Source of the DNA: Camelus dromedarius
Lineage: Eukaryota
Length of the DNA: 64,000 bases
Direction: 5' to 3'
Assembly: GCF_036321535.1 (NCBI RefSeq)
Contig: NC_087436.1
Span: 31,188,001-31,252,000, forward strand
Part shown: piece by piece, positions 49,430 to 63,020 of the stretch
Layout of the letters: each line of letters starts with the position of its first letter
How positions within the stretch are numbered: position 1 is the first letter of the stretch
The notes under the pieces: model-generated
The model's input: the letters and a program-made list of their open reading frames with translations, nothing else
What the model was told of the DNA's origin: nothing
The model's database searches: none
Program-made: the position numbers and the translations under genes

Positions 49430-50070
49430 ACGTTTTGGCCTGTCTCAGATTAGTTAAATGGGCTAGAAGGAGACAAAGACAACCCAGGGGTCTTTCCTGG
49501 GTATAATAAAAGTCAAGCAGCCCTGTTTGGGTAAAACTGCGTGTTGGGGAGGAAGCAAAAATTGCAAGGGCCCACATTAAGTCAACATTAAAAAGGTCAA
49601 GTACTTTCATCCAACAAACATCTTTATGGACAAAAACAAAGTCCAAAGGGATACAGGTGGAGGGTTTAATATTAGGGTCAAAGGATAAAGTGGGCAATCA
49701 GACACTTCATTCTATACGCAGGGCCCAGGTGAGCAGCTGAGCAGTTTGAGACTAATCACGGAAAACCAAACAGGTGGGGATTCCTTTGACACTAACATGA
49801 GGCCCTTTTCCACCCTCACATATTTTCTCCTGTAAAATCACCATGGAAACCCAGGCTGGTCAGGCAACCACACCTAGTCAAAGATGAATTCATTCCAATT
49901 TATTAGCTATTTCCATATATCAAACCCAGAAACACCTCTGCTCTAAGAGGTACCCTATCTCTGGATCCCAGAAGGGCTATCTTCCCTTTCCTGTTTTGAT
50001 TACTGCCATCCAATAAATGGTTTTTGCTTTAAAGGCTTCTGTGTCAAATATTTAATGTGATTGGCTCCAT
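49430..50070 (+). mobile_element. Probable ancient solo LTR, family not recognised
   Basis: GC-richer block with a TATA-like atatatcaaa (~49915), AATAAA (~50012) and T-rich downstream sequence. Confidence 0.3.
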
Positions 50071-50380
50071 AAAGGTTAAAAGGAAATAATAAATGGGATT
50101 CAGTGCTAAAAGCTATAAGTTATCTCAGTAACTCAGACCTAACTGGCCATCTGCTGGAAACTGCTATAGTTATTTGGCCCCACTCCATATCTCAAGAGCT
50201 GTTTGATTCAGGATTTTATGGAGGTATGGGAATGATTGAAATCCTTTTATGAAATGAAAGTTACATATAGTTTACTATATACTTAACCACTTAACTTTAG
50301 CATAATTACATAAAACTGAATATGATGAATATGGGGTTATAAAATAAATACCCCATCTCTCTTCATAAAGACCTAATGAA

Positions 50381-50643
50381 ATTTCTTAATTCAGATACAG
50401 AAATTTAGCTAAAAATCTTTTTGTTTGGTCTGGATTCTTCCACTTCCACTTTAAAATTTTCATTTTCTTAATATCTTATTGTCCCACCTTTCTATACACT
50501 AGTATGTCATTTCATTTCTTAATTCAGATACAGAAATTTAGCTAAAAATCTTTTTGTTTGGTCTGGATTCTTCCACTTCCACTTTAAAATTTTCATTTTC
50601 TTAATATCTTATTGTCCCACCTTTCTATACACTAGTATGTCAT
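50381..50643 (+). repeat. Perfect 130-bp tandem duplication (50381-50510 and 50514-50643) with a TTC junction insert
   Basis: Base-by-base comparison shows identical copies. Confidence 0.97.
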
Positions 50644-51831
50644 ATACCAGTGACCTTATCACTTGAAAAAATCCTTTTCTCTGAAGATAATTGTTTATAT
50701 TTCACTTTAGGTTCTGAATTCTTACCAATTGTACTTCTAAGGAGACTTTTGTTTCCTTCTTTCTGCTCTCAAAAATGGTTACTTATGACCAATGAGTGAT
50801 CTTACAGCCTTCCAAGCCTAGATTAGGCATTCTCCACTTCCTGCCTACTTTCCTCGATAAAATGCCCGTGACTCATTTTGTCAAGGTGAAGAAGGGAAAT
50901 ACTATATTCTAAATCCAGAACAGAGCTGCCTGGTTGAAGTCTGAACTAAAACACATTTCCCAGTGAGCCACAGACTCTGCTACACTTGCTGTGTAAAAGT
51001 ATGAAATGACATCAGCTATAATCTGTAAACTGATGCCATGGTTATTATTATTTAGCCATTTATTATGGTTTACTATTAAAAACCATTTAATGAGATACCC
51101 ATTTAAGTATCTTAGCTGTCCATTTCATTCTATAGGAGGAACAGACACAACCATGGCCAACACTTAATTCATACATTGGCTATGTAGTATTTCATCTAAA
51201 AGCTGATGTATCAATAAAACATATATTAGGTAAATACTGGGAAGCTAGCTAGATAGGCAGGTAGATATAGATACATAGATATCTTTAGGAAGCAGAACTA
51301 GAAAGTTTTATTTTAATTTTTGGTGATCAATAACTCTGTACTAACAGGGGTAAAATGGAAATTTAGGATGGAGATGGAAAACTCCACTCCACATTTAAGC
51401 ACAGTTACTAAGCTGCCTCAATGCAACCTTCACTTAAAAGGCATCATAAAAATTACTCTTCCCATCTTTGATCTTTTTATCTTTTAGCTGCAGGGAATGG
51501 TGGGGATTTAAAACAAAACAAAACATGTTCAGACCTTGGCTGCAAATTAAAATGTCTTCTCATATTTAAAAAGAGCAAATTACATCTGGGACTAAAGCAC
51601 TGAATAACTCCTGATAGCATGTTCAGTCTTTGTGGTGACTTTTTAATATAAATCACATATTTTAAAGTGTTTCCTAAATTTCCATGCTTTCTTTTACTCA
51701 TTCATGCTTGTTTTATAAAGTAGAAGATCAACATTTAGCTGCAATGGTTTATCTTAGTGTAAGTTATTGGAATGATCAGCATTCTTGTTTTTCACCAATT
51801 AAAAGCTGAAAAGTGAGTGGGGGCTTCTGTT

Positions 51832-51863
51832 TGTGTGTGTGTGGGGGGGGGGTGTGTGTGTGT
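51832..51863 (+). repeat. (TG)n-G10-(TG)n compound microsatellite
   Basis: Direct inspection. Confidence 0.9.
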
Positions 51864-51877
51864 AAGAAATTTTGACA

Positions 51878-52420
51878 GATGTCACCAAGATGGTAACATA
51901 GATCATTCCTGACTTCACTCCCCCATCACAAGAGAAATAACCAACAACTATTCAAGAATAAGGCACCAGACTTCATTAGAAGGCAAGTGAAGTGGCTAAA
52001 TGTTGACCACACTGACCTTCCCCCAGGCCAGTGCAGCACTGCACACAGAGGTGTCCCCAGGGCCTCTGGCTCCTCCAGGGGAAAAAGAGACCCCAGGGAC
52101 CAACCAGCCCTTCCCCAGGACTGTGAGTCACTTTATGGGGGCCATTTCTCTAATCTTACCCCACAGAGATTGCAGGGGAATCTGTAGGGCTCAACCACTG
52201 GGAGTCTGACTATGACAGAGATGGGAGGAGGAGCTTGCAATAACCATCACAAGGATCTTGCAGACTGAGTTCATACCTGCAGAGCCCAAGAAACAATCCC
52301 AGTCTCTAGCTTTGCTCATCTGCAGAATCTAGTTGGTGGCACACTCTGGCCAGAGAACTTTGCCATCCCAAGAGCCCATGTCCAGGCAAGGTACTAAGTC
52401 ACACTCCATCTGGCCAGAGG
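51878..52420 (+). mobile_element. Isolated old L1 5' UTR (L1M2/M3-like)
   Basis: Starts with the YY1-type caagatgg. GC-rich and CpG-decayed. Resembles recalled L1M 5' ends. Confidence 0.5.
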
Positions 52421-54449
52421 GGCTCTGTGCTTGAGCACAAAATTATGATGTTTTATAGTAAAAATGCTATTCACTTTGTATTCTAAGAGAATTGTTTGCA
52501 TATCTATAAAAAGGAATAAAAATACAAGAGTTATGGCTTTTCAGCCCCTGCAAAGAAAATGCAGATTCTGTTTTTCCATCATAAATCTGTAGTTTTTGAT
52601 AGGATCATTCACATTCATATCTTCCCATAACCAAATGCACTGTTTTGCACATAACAGGCAATTAGTGTATGTGGTAAACAGAACTAAATATAAATTATCT
52701 GATTCTCAGAGGTAAATTAAGGTAATTTCAGGCAATTATATTCTCTTCCTCTTCTAATTCCAATGACAATGACAACAAAACCACTGACTCCTAGGAGCAG
52801 AGAAGGAAAGAGGAAGGAAAACTATGAAGCCATACAGAAAACCAAATTAGAAGGAAGGTCCTATGAGAAAACAGTAATAGTCAGAATCATAAGAATTAAA
52901 ACTTTAAAAGTTCACATATAGATAAAGAGAACAATAGCCATTGCCAGTCATTTCAATGACTTGAGAAAACTGTACGGTTACAGTGTGTATTTAAGGGGAA
53001 TGAGAAATTATTAATGAAGCAATGTAAAAACAATCTGTTAAAGAGACAGTTTTCATTAATTAAGAAGGAAAAATCAGAGTCAACCAAGTGAATGTTGCTA
53101 ATAAAATTTAGAATTCAAGACATGGTTGGGTTCTGTAATTTCACCACAGGCATTGAAAAAACTGATATCATCACATCTATGTGACACCAGTTTGGTTCCC
53201 ACACATTTTTGCAATGGAAGCATCAGCTGGTGGGAGGTAACAATGAATACAGACACTGCTGGTTGAAAAGTACTTCGTTTTTTGATTTTCAGGAATGTTT
53301 CTAATTGTAGCAACCATCATATTGGCGGCCAAAGAGAAAAATAAGAAATAATAAGAAATTAGTCATTCTAACATGACTTGGTCCTCAGAGAAGTGGAGAT
53401 TATTTGAAGACATCTGGAACTTTGTTCCTGCGTTCAGATTCTACTGATTAAAAAATCTAAGGACCAGAAGACCTTAGTTGTAATCTAGGTTTTCATTTAG
53501 TCATTGTGCAACACTGAACCTCACCTCTTTAGTTCTCACCTTTGCTAAACTGAACATGTTACACCAGATAACTTTCTCCAAATATACTTTTCTTATTATA
53601 CAACTTTCACTATATAAATTCAAACACGTGGAAATTATGGTGATTATCCAACTGATTTGATTAGTATAGTCTGCTTGTCTAGGTGACCTGGGTGAACATA
53701 ACTTCTTTCTCCTAAATAGAATTTTAAATGCAGGTGTTACTCATGTAATTCTTGAAATTATCCTTTCAACTAATTCTGGATAGACTGCATCAGACACAGT
53801 GCAGTTCAGCCATTCAAGAAGTTAAGCTTCTGCCCTGCATGAAATGGTTAGAAATATTTTTCTTTTATAAATGTCTGGATTATTTATACTTGCTGTGGTA
53901 TCTATAGGCCTATCATCATACCCTTTCTCAATTTGCTTACTTTTGTCATTGAAATCCATGTAGTGAAAATCTTCTATATTACTCAGAATATACCTAAGCC
54001 ATGTATGATTCTCTCTGAAACTAAGTTTCATTTGTAAAAAAACACCCAAGGAAAAAGTAAGCATCTGATTTTTGGTGAATTCATTGATAATTTTATGTTA
54101 AATATAATGACAAAGAATGCATGTCTATCAGAGTTAAAACAAGTTAACTTAAAGAATAAAGAACCATATATAATTCCTAGCTGTAAATTGGAATCTTAGC
54201 CATTCAATTAATTTCTTTTTTGAACTGTGATTTAGAAATGATGAACTCCTGAAATAATTAGAGCTTATCTGGAATAATTAAATGATATGTCCACGTAAGC
54301 TCTTTATTCCCAGTGCAAAAGAAAGTCAAACTGGAGGTAGGCACTTACTGGAGCAACAGTGTCTGACCAAGTGTCAGGAATATATTCTTGTCCAAGATAT
54401 AGAGGTGAGACTAGTGAATGTGTCTGAGCAAAATGGTCTAGATCATTCT

Positions 54450-54730
54450 GTTCAATGCCCAACAGAAATATAATGCAAGCCACATATATTATTTAAAATT
54501 TCTAGTAGTCAAAAATAGAAATAATTGAAATTAATTTAGCAAAATATTTATTTACACCAGTACATGAAATATTATCTCAATAAATAATCAATAAATTTTA
54601 AATTATTGAGATACTTTGTATTTTTGTACTGTCTTTGAAATCCAGTGTACTTTTTTACACTTACAGTATAATTTCATTTGTATTAGGTACCTGTAATACA
54701 TTTGGCCTGCAATGACTATAATAGGTGGCT
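54450..54730 (+). mobile_element. MER33-like hAT-Charlie element
   Basis: ccaacagaaatataatgcaagccacatat...tctttgaaatccagtgtac...tacacttacag. Confidence 0.75.
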
Positions 54731-54794
54731 AAGGTCCAGGGAACAGTCAATACCACCCATATTGATTATGCTCCCTCCTCACTGAAATATCGCG

Positions 54795-54828
54795 ACACAC
54801 ACACACACACACACGTGCATGCATGCAT
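54795..54828 (+). repeat. (AC)10 followed by gt(gcat)3
   Basis: Direct inspection. Confidence 0.9.
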
Positions 54829-54917
54829 AACAAATTCTTCCCATCTCTACCACCAAACAAAGACATCATTCCAAAGATTTATGTATATATAAGATATTTA
54901 GTTGACTTTGGAAAGAT

Positions 54918-54921
<4 letters not shown>

Positions 54922-54966
<45 letters not shown>
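54922..54966 (+). repeat. (TTA)15 microsatellite
   Basis: Direct inspection. Confidence 0.95.
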
Positions 54967-54968
<2 letters not shown>

Positions 54969-55204
54969 TTCATCATCTCTTCATGAAGTATATGAGGCAC
55001 ACTGTTCCCCAACACTAGGTGGACATACATGTAGAAGAGTTTTCTGCCTTCACTGGCCCTTACTTTGCATATCTAAAGATAGTTTCAGGACTTAATGGTA
55101 TTACTGACCTTATAGAAGACAGTAATCTTCCACCTATCAACTTAGATTTTTTTTAGTTTTTCATTTTTCTATAATTCATATCTCTGTTTGTATAGTTCCA
55201 TTAT

Positions 55205-55500
55205 TCTTGAGTCATTAGTTTGTTTCAATTAGTAATTATTGGGCACCTGCCATGGTCTAGATTTTGTAATAGGCAATAGGAATGCTTAAAAATTCCTCCT
55301 ATCTTGCAGCACATATTCTAGTGGAAGGGACACAGATAATGCAAAATAAATATGTGTAATATATGGTATGCTACATGACAGAAAGTTAATAGTTTCTCTC
55401 TAGGATGGCATCTAAAGGTTTATGCAAATCCAGGTACTTTCTGACAGTGCCTATAACATAGTAGGTACTCAATAAATGCTCAGTTTTTCAATGAATAAAT
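55205..55500. mobile_element. L2 fragments (- ~55205-55380, + 3' end ~55420-55500)
   Basis: ttattgggcacctgccatg; acagtgcctataacatagtaggtactcaataaatg. Confidence 0.6.
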
Positions 55501-57729
55501 AGCGAGAGGGAGGCAGCTCATCCTGTCATTGTCTGTCTGTAGGGCATCCACTGAAATATAAATATTGTCCGATCTGGATGTCTGCTGTTGTCGCTCCCTC
55601 CAAATTTTAATCACTTGTGATATCTGCATCCCTGCATCAATTGAGATGTCTACTCCCTGTCTATAAGGTCCATGCAGCCTTCCACCACCAAGCCCTCATC
55701 TCAGCCATGCATCTACTTCAGGTCTACTGCCTCTTACTCTGCTGAACCTCCCAGGAGCACATACATATTTAGGTGCTCTTCCGTGACTGTTCGGGGCCAT
55801 AGCATTTGATGGGGCTGCCTGAATTGCCTTCAGGCCATTTGTCCCCTTGCTATCATGCCACAGTGCCTCTAGGTTTCTAAGTGAAAATTGGAATAGTTCC
55901 TTTTTTTTTTTTTGGATCCACAGATGTAGCTGGAGTCATCTCTTTCTCCCTCTCAAGAGTGTACCAGGAAGGGAGTGAGTATCAAAGCACAGATCGTCTT
56001 AGACGCCTCAACAACATCTAACTTTCTCACGTCCTTGCCTTACCCAGAGAGGACTTTATCTCACCTTCTGCAGGGGCAGTGACAGGAATTGTCGATAAGT
56101 TATCAAATGAAATATTTTAGTCCAACTTCTTAAATGACTTCCTTTACAACCAATCACATTCAGCTTGGAGAAGCTTATGCTTTAGAAAATGGGATTGTTT
56201 TCTTTCTCTTTTAATGCTTACCTATAATGGCTGAATTTGTTAATATGTTGAGGATAAACAGGGGAATCAAACCAGCAAAACAGAAAACCATGTCAGCTCA
56301 CAAGGGGTTATACTTTCTATTCCGAAGAACAGTGTATGAAAGAAAAACAGTTGAACACAGTGATCTGCAGGCGAACACACAAAATATTCCTATACCTTAT
56401 ATTCTTCCCTAATCTGTTTACCCATATATATTGCCTTTTAAGTGTACATTATGCTATCCTCTTGGGTTTATGTACTTTTCCTGTTAAAATTATTAAATAA
56501 GACAACCTAAATATGATAAAGATCAGAGAACCTCAGATACTGAGGAAAACTTAAAGTTATAAAACCTTTTGAAAGAAATGAGAGAGCATGTTACAACTCC
56601 AAGGAACAGAGCTAAGGAAATCCACAACATGCACATCGAAAACAAGAGTGGGAAAATAACTGAAACAGGAGATGGACACACCACAGTCATCACTGTCCTA
56701 AAGGGGACTGAAGTGTGCTTGTGGAGGACTGAGGGTACAGACGAAAGGCTGTCACAGAAAGCACTACTCAGTTCCCAGTCTCATTTGTAGGCACAAGCAA
56801 CAACCATCTGTGTCAACTCTAGTGACATAATTTTTGCCCTCATAATAATAATGTCTTTCCTTCCTTTCTTTAAGATACCACAATTGCCACATTTCACCCT
56901 ATTTATTCATACCAAGCAAACAATGCCTTTTTTCAAAATAAACTGCAATGCTTACTACATCTATTATAACACTACATGTATTTATTTGGAATCTAAGTAA
57001 GATTCTTAAAGTAAGATGTTGTAGAATTTTATGTTTTTATTAAGTCTATTTCCTTACAAAATTGTGTAGGATTTGAGTTCCACCCCCATGCTATCTTTAT
57101 TTCATGAAATTCTGTAATATAGTTACTTTTAAAAACACAATACCACATTATGGAAGAAATGGTTCTATATAAAAAATTTCAATATATTCAATTATTTCCA
57201 TTTTTATCAGCACTATTCCTTTTAGATCTGTCCTGATGAATTATTAAGTCATTTGCTTGTCTAAAGCAATACTACACAGTATATACAGTAAAGCTGTATT
57301 GTTTAAATAATACTTATCTTATAGAATTTAATTTGTATCCATAGGAATATGAGACTCAAAGTGTTGGGTTTAGAACACCCATAATCTATTCTTTCTAATG
57401 TTTGACCCTTTACATCCACTCTAAAATGAGTCTCTAACTTCTTGATGATTAAGAGCTATAGACTTTACGTTTTCCTAAAATCTTAAGGTAGCTGAGATGG
57501 TAAAGATGGTACTTGACCATGATATGCCTGGGGTATGGTCAGGGGATGTAAAACAGGAAAGAAGAATGTGTACAGAAAAGCAATAATCATGGAGTGAGCA
57601 GAATAAGAAGAAATTATTTGCAGCAGTAAGAAAAGAGGATGTCAACAACTCCTAGCCAGTGTTCTTATCTACTTGAAATGTCAGCAAACTGTGAGAAATG
57701 ACCAATAATGGTGACTCAATTCCTGTAAG

Positions 57730-57950
57730 TAATATATAGGCTAGCATTTGAATATCACTTTAGGATTAACAAAGTTCCTTTGACACCCATCAACTACTTT
57801 AATCTTTCCTGAGTAAGATAATATTTTCATCATCCCCAATTCACTGATGAGGATACTTGGTAAAATTCATGCAGGGTCACACAAGGTAGACGGGACTAAT
57901 CCAAATTCACAGGCTCCATCCCATGCACCTTCTCCAATACTCTGCTGCCA
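57730..57950 (-). mobile_element. MIR fragment
   Basis: catccccaattcactgatgaggatact...agggtcacacaaggtag. Confidence 0.6.
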
Positions 57951-60900
57951 AATGGGTATCAACTGATTTAGGAGCACTCTTCTATGATAACTAAATTACA
58001 GCAAAACTCCAGGAAAGCTAATAATATCTGTAGCCTAAGAATTTTAGCAATTGGCTTTGTTTGTTAAAATTTTTTCCAGAATTTTTAAGTAATATATATA
58101 TAGATTAAGTCTCCATAACTCTTTTCTACTTCTTTCATTTCAAACAAAATAAGGATCCTTTCAACTAAGAGAATCATACTCAGAATTTTTTTAAATCTCA
58201 AATTATAATGTAAGAACACCATCAGTTAAAATGTATATATGTATATATGTTTTAGAAACAGCTTTTTTTAATTTTCATCCAGATATTTTGTATTGGCAGG
58301 GTCTACAGATAACAAAAGACTTGATTCAGCCAACTCAGTAGCAAAAACAAGAGGTCGCATTGGTCATGAGTTATGCATACCAAATCACAATTAATAAGAA
58401 TTTTGCTAATCAACCAGTTGTCAAGGAGCCTTGAAAATACAGCCTAATCAGCACATAGCAAAGTTCCTATAGCATAGATGCACTTCCCTATTTCAAAGAA
58501 TTCTATAGCAATTGTAGGAAAGAGAAGTCTATTTTTGAATGCTAGCATGTATTGGAAAAAAATCCAGAATGATTAAGTCTTCTGGCATGTATTTTAGCTA
58601 TTACAGCTGTTTGCAGTATATATGTGCTTCATCTATATTTGAAATCTCTGCTGTTGCCATTCACCATCTGCCCAAAGATGGGTGAAAATGCCTATGTTTT
58701 TTGTTCATTGCTTATGAAACTGCACATAGCAATTTGCCAAACCTGTATTATTTTTCCTAGTCTTTTTCAAGCATCTAATCAATATCTTAGAAATGTTAAA
58801 GGAAAACTTTAAAATCTCTTACAGCCAGAAGTAAAACTTACCTTTTAAATTAGTAGAGTTGTAGGGTATTTTTCACAGTAATTTTGATTATCTAATTATT
58901 ATTAATTATTTAATAATACCCTGGTTATCCAGAAGACTGCCTTCTAGATCTCCTACCTCTGGAATATAGAGGGGAAAGGAATCTAAAAACATTAAAAACA
59001 ATGTTAAGTCCCAGAGTAATAAAAGAGTCCCTTATTCTTTGGTATCCAATAGTGGGATCCTGCCTCCTCCCACTCAGTTGCTCTTAAGACAAAATTCTCA
59101 AACTGCTGGTTCTCTGACATCTAGACTTCAGTGGATTTATGAGAGTAAAATAGAAAGGAAATGAGATTACCCCAGTGGAAAACATAATAAAAGAAGGGAA
59201 TATGGACAACCCATGCTATGTCAGCATATGGGGAGACTGAAAAGCTGAAAAACATATCATACATTTTGGTGAATATTGTAATCTAATAGTGAATGCTTAT
59301 AACAATGTTCCTTAATCATTTCTAAAAGCTGTTATAGTCAGAAGCCTCTATTTAAAAATGAAAAAATGAACAAATGACTTTACATCTGTTTTCATCAATA
59401 TTGTTTCAAATTCATAAACTTGGGGAATTTAAACATTAAGATCCAGTTACCAGTAAAATGTAGCCATTTATGTGAAATTTGGCACTAAGGGTGTATTATA
59501 ATTTTAAGTCACTTCTATAATATAATTACTATATAAAACAATCTACTCTATATCATTTATACCCATAATTTAAAGCCATGTGGATGGAATTAGAGTCCAA
59601 AATTCCAATCTCAAGAATTTTGCCTAAAATAAAAACTCCCCAACCCATAATCTGAAAAAAAGCTCCTCTCCATTGAAGATGGTTCTTCTACAGAAATTAC
59701 ACCTTTATGAGTCAAATGAATACAACTGAAATTAAAAAATCAGAATTTTGAACACTTAGTTGCTTCTGTCTCTGTAGAATTGTTTCAGAATAAACGTCAC
59801 AATGGCATAATTGCTCTACAACATTTCAAGTTGACTCTGTGTCTTCAGAATTAGTTTTTTCCACACCAGATGAATCACACTTGAGACCCACTAGCAGATT
59901 GCTCAGTAACCTATTTTTCTCTGTATTTTTTTCTGTAATAATTTATCCTTTATTAAGATATTCTCATCCTTAGATAACTTATACCACAAACATTCTCTAG
60001 GCCTGCGTTTGAAAATGTCAAAACTTGTAACTGAAGACTCAATATGCTTCAATTTAACTTTCTAAGTAGACAAGCCCTGTCAGTATTATAATCAGGTAGT
60101 CGTAAGTTCCACTTAGCCTAGTCAGAGATACAGTTATACTTTCCAGTAGAAGACAGTCAACACTATGAACACATTTTTCTTCCTTGCCAATTCTGTAAGG
60201 GTAAAAGGGCTTATCTGGCAATCAGTTTACTGACAGACTGTATCTATCTGACAAAATACAATGTTAAAACTTGTCTTCCTTTTCAAAATTCAGGGATTTG
60301 CTTTTTTAAAGGTCAAGAAATATTTGCCCTTTTAAATATGCATTTATTTATAAGTATATTGCCTTTATGAAACTTGGCTCTGCAATTATTCAAGATTTGA
60401 CCAATAAATAAGACAAAGTTAAAATACTAAATTAAATATTTCTAAAAAGTGTGCATCAGTTGAGGATAATAAAGAGTTCAGTTTCATTATATATATTCTA
60501 GCTGGGTTTTGCTAGGTAACAAATTTAAAAGATCTGAGTCTCCCATTTACAATAACTCAAGGTTAATTACAGGTCTCTAAGTCATTTAATATACGATGTA
60601 GGGATGCTTAGCACAGGGACTACTTCACTGAAAATGCAACACAAATCTTTGCTGAACCAAAGTGAAAACAAACTGTGATATACGTGTCAACAGATAGATG
60701 ATAATACAGGATAGTAACTGGTTAAATAGAAGTCAAATAGATTGTTATGGGAAAACAGAAGATGTAACAACTAACACTGAATGGGGAGTTAAGAAAGTTT
60801 TCATCAAGAAGTTGCATTTGAACATCTTCATGAAACATTTATTTAAAACCCAAATGGAATTTAAAAAAAAAGAAAAAACTTGGAAACTATGACTTTGGCT

Positions 60901-61379
60901 GACTTCGTGCAGGAATTTCTTTTACTTTTCTCTCTTCAAGTTTCTAACCATCATTATTAACTGCTTTTGAGACTGTAGCTTTATTTGGTGTGGTCGGAAT
61001 CATAATTATCATTTCAGCCAAGACATCATGCAGTGAGAGTCTGAGAAAAAAAGGATGAGGACAAGAAAATTCTCTATCTCTATAAGTTATTACAAAGTTT
61101 ATGGGAGTTACACTTCTAAAGAGCCTACTCACTTTTTATGCTCAATGCCAACTTCAGGTTAGAAGCAAATCTCGTTACTGACTGCTCAGAAGTCATTAAG
61201 GCACTGCCATTGCTTGGATTAAAATCCAAACCCCTGAAACAGGGCATAAAAGGCCAATGATGAAACGCCAGTTGCCTCCCTCTGCTGCCTCTTTGCTTAC
61301 CTCTCCCAGTTTACTAAATTCAAGAAATGACTTTCTTTCAGTGTTTCCTTTTCCCTCTGCCTGTCAAAATTTCCATTTT

Positions 61380-61781
61380 AGAAGTATCATAAAGAGCCCT
61401 GGAGGAAGTCTGCCTGCTTGGAAACCTGATTTCACCATACCCCAGATGTGAAAACTAAATATTTATATAATCATTCTATTTTGATTGTCCCACTTATAAA
61501 ATGTGATCTTATATGACTGTTGTGTGTATTAAATGAGATAATAAATGTAAAGTACTTAAAACATTACCTGCCCATATAAGTAAGCATTTTATACAAGTTA
61601 GCTGTCAAGATTGTTTTGTTCTCTTAGAAGACAATCAAAAATATTTACTGAATGAACAGATCTTATTACTAGTTAGAGAAATGGACTGGCATGTGAAAAG
61701 GACATGGGTTTTGGAGACTGACAATCCTGGATTTGCATTTCCCTCCCTCTCTCTCTCTCTCTCTCTGTCTCACACACACAC
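61380..61781 (+). mobile_element. MIR fragments (~61380-61605, ~61675-61740) followed by (TC)n(CA)n
   Basis: attaaatgagataataaatgtaaagtacttaaaaca; ggttttggagactgacaatcctggatttg. Confidence 0.6.
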
Positions 61782-62339
61782 ATCATGTGTGCACCCATGT
61801 GGTACACACACAGGAAACCTAAAGCACAGACATCTGAAATCATTTAGAATACGAGTTAGGTGTCTTTCATTAACTCTTAAGACTCGAAACATGTCAACAA
61901 AAAGAAAGAAGCAGTCATTGTGACCAAAAGTTGCATTATGTTCTGTATCCCCAGCAGAAGAAGGCCGGAGGGTATGTAACACATTTCAGAACTATACATA
62001 AATATGTTTTACACGAATATATTTCGGAACATAAAGTAGTAAGCTAGATCACGGTACTGACATGGAACATTTCTCCTCTGCTGTGCAGCCTTCCATGAAC
62101 TGTGAGACCTTCTCTGTGCTCCTGCTGCAGAGCTATGATAGCACTTACCATGTTTTATACATGCACAGCATCCTCCTCCTCTCCTCGAATCCACACTCCA
62201 CCCCTCCAGTCTGGTTTCTAGCCAAACGTGTCCACCAACTCTGGTACTGATAAGTATACAAATATCTTCAAATTCCTGAATATAAAGAATTCACATATTC
62301 CATCCTTATCTTGCAAGCCCTCCCAGCTGGATTTCTGGA

Positions 62340-63020
62340 TTTCCAAGCCCTCCAATCTCTTCTCTCTTATCACACTCTCTAGGTTTTCCCCAAACCACCC
62401 TGACTTCTCTCTCCTTTATCCATTCCTCCTTTCCTAACAACATCTAAATACTGTCCCCCTCGGAATTCAGCTTTGGCTGTCTTCTCTCCTCACTCTGTCT
62501 CCCTATGTATCTCATCAGTCTTCAGGATGTAAAAGGCCACGTATTATGTTGAGGCCACCAACAACTCTGTTGGCAAGATCAGGGATATCAATGGTGAACT
62601 CTTGATTCCTTCCCCCAGAAATGTGTTCCTCCTCTAGGCTTCCCCTTCTATACAAGCTGCAACAGCATCTTTTCGTTGCTCATTTCAGAAATCCACACGT
62701 TATTCTTCGTTCTTCAGTATTCCCTGCACTTTCTCCTCTTTACTCAATCATTTGATAACACCTGTAAATTCTATCTCCAAAGTATTTCTCTAATCTAATC
62801 ATTCTCTATCTTCATTTCCACAATCATTCTGCTGCAAGACAAAACCATGTCTCACTAGGATTACTGCAATAGCCTTCCTTTTAATGTTTTTTTAAACAAC
62901 TTTACTGAGTATACAAAAGACTGGATGTATTTAATATTTATAATTTTATCTCTCCGGTCCTACGTTTGAACCCCTGATATCCATTCTACACACTATGGTC
63001 AAGGTCATCCTAATGCTTGC
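62340..63020 (+). mobile_element. L2 fragment
   Basis: tgaactcttgattccttcccc; ttgctcatttcagaaatcc; tctcactaggattactgcaatagcctt. Confidence 0.65.

Noticed and set aside
53111..53266. Plus-strand frame containing FCNGSISWWEVT, reminiscent of the SPRY YWEV motif
   Set aside because: A single short motif, on the opposite strand and wrong side relative to the TRIM-like remnant.
55924..55974. Plus-strand 51-nt exon-like segment after poly(T) (cacag|ATG...GGA|gtgagt)
   Set aside because: No partner exons or recognisable peptide; likely cryptic.
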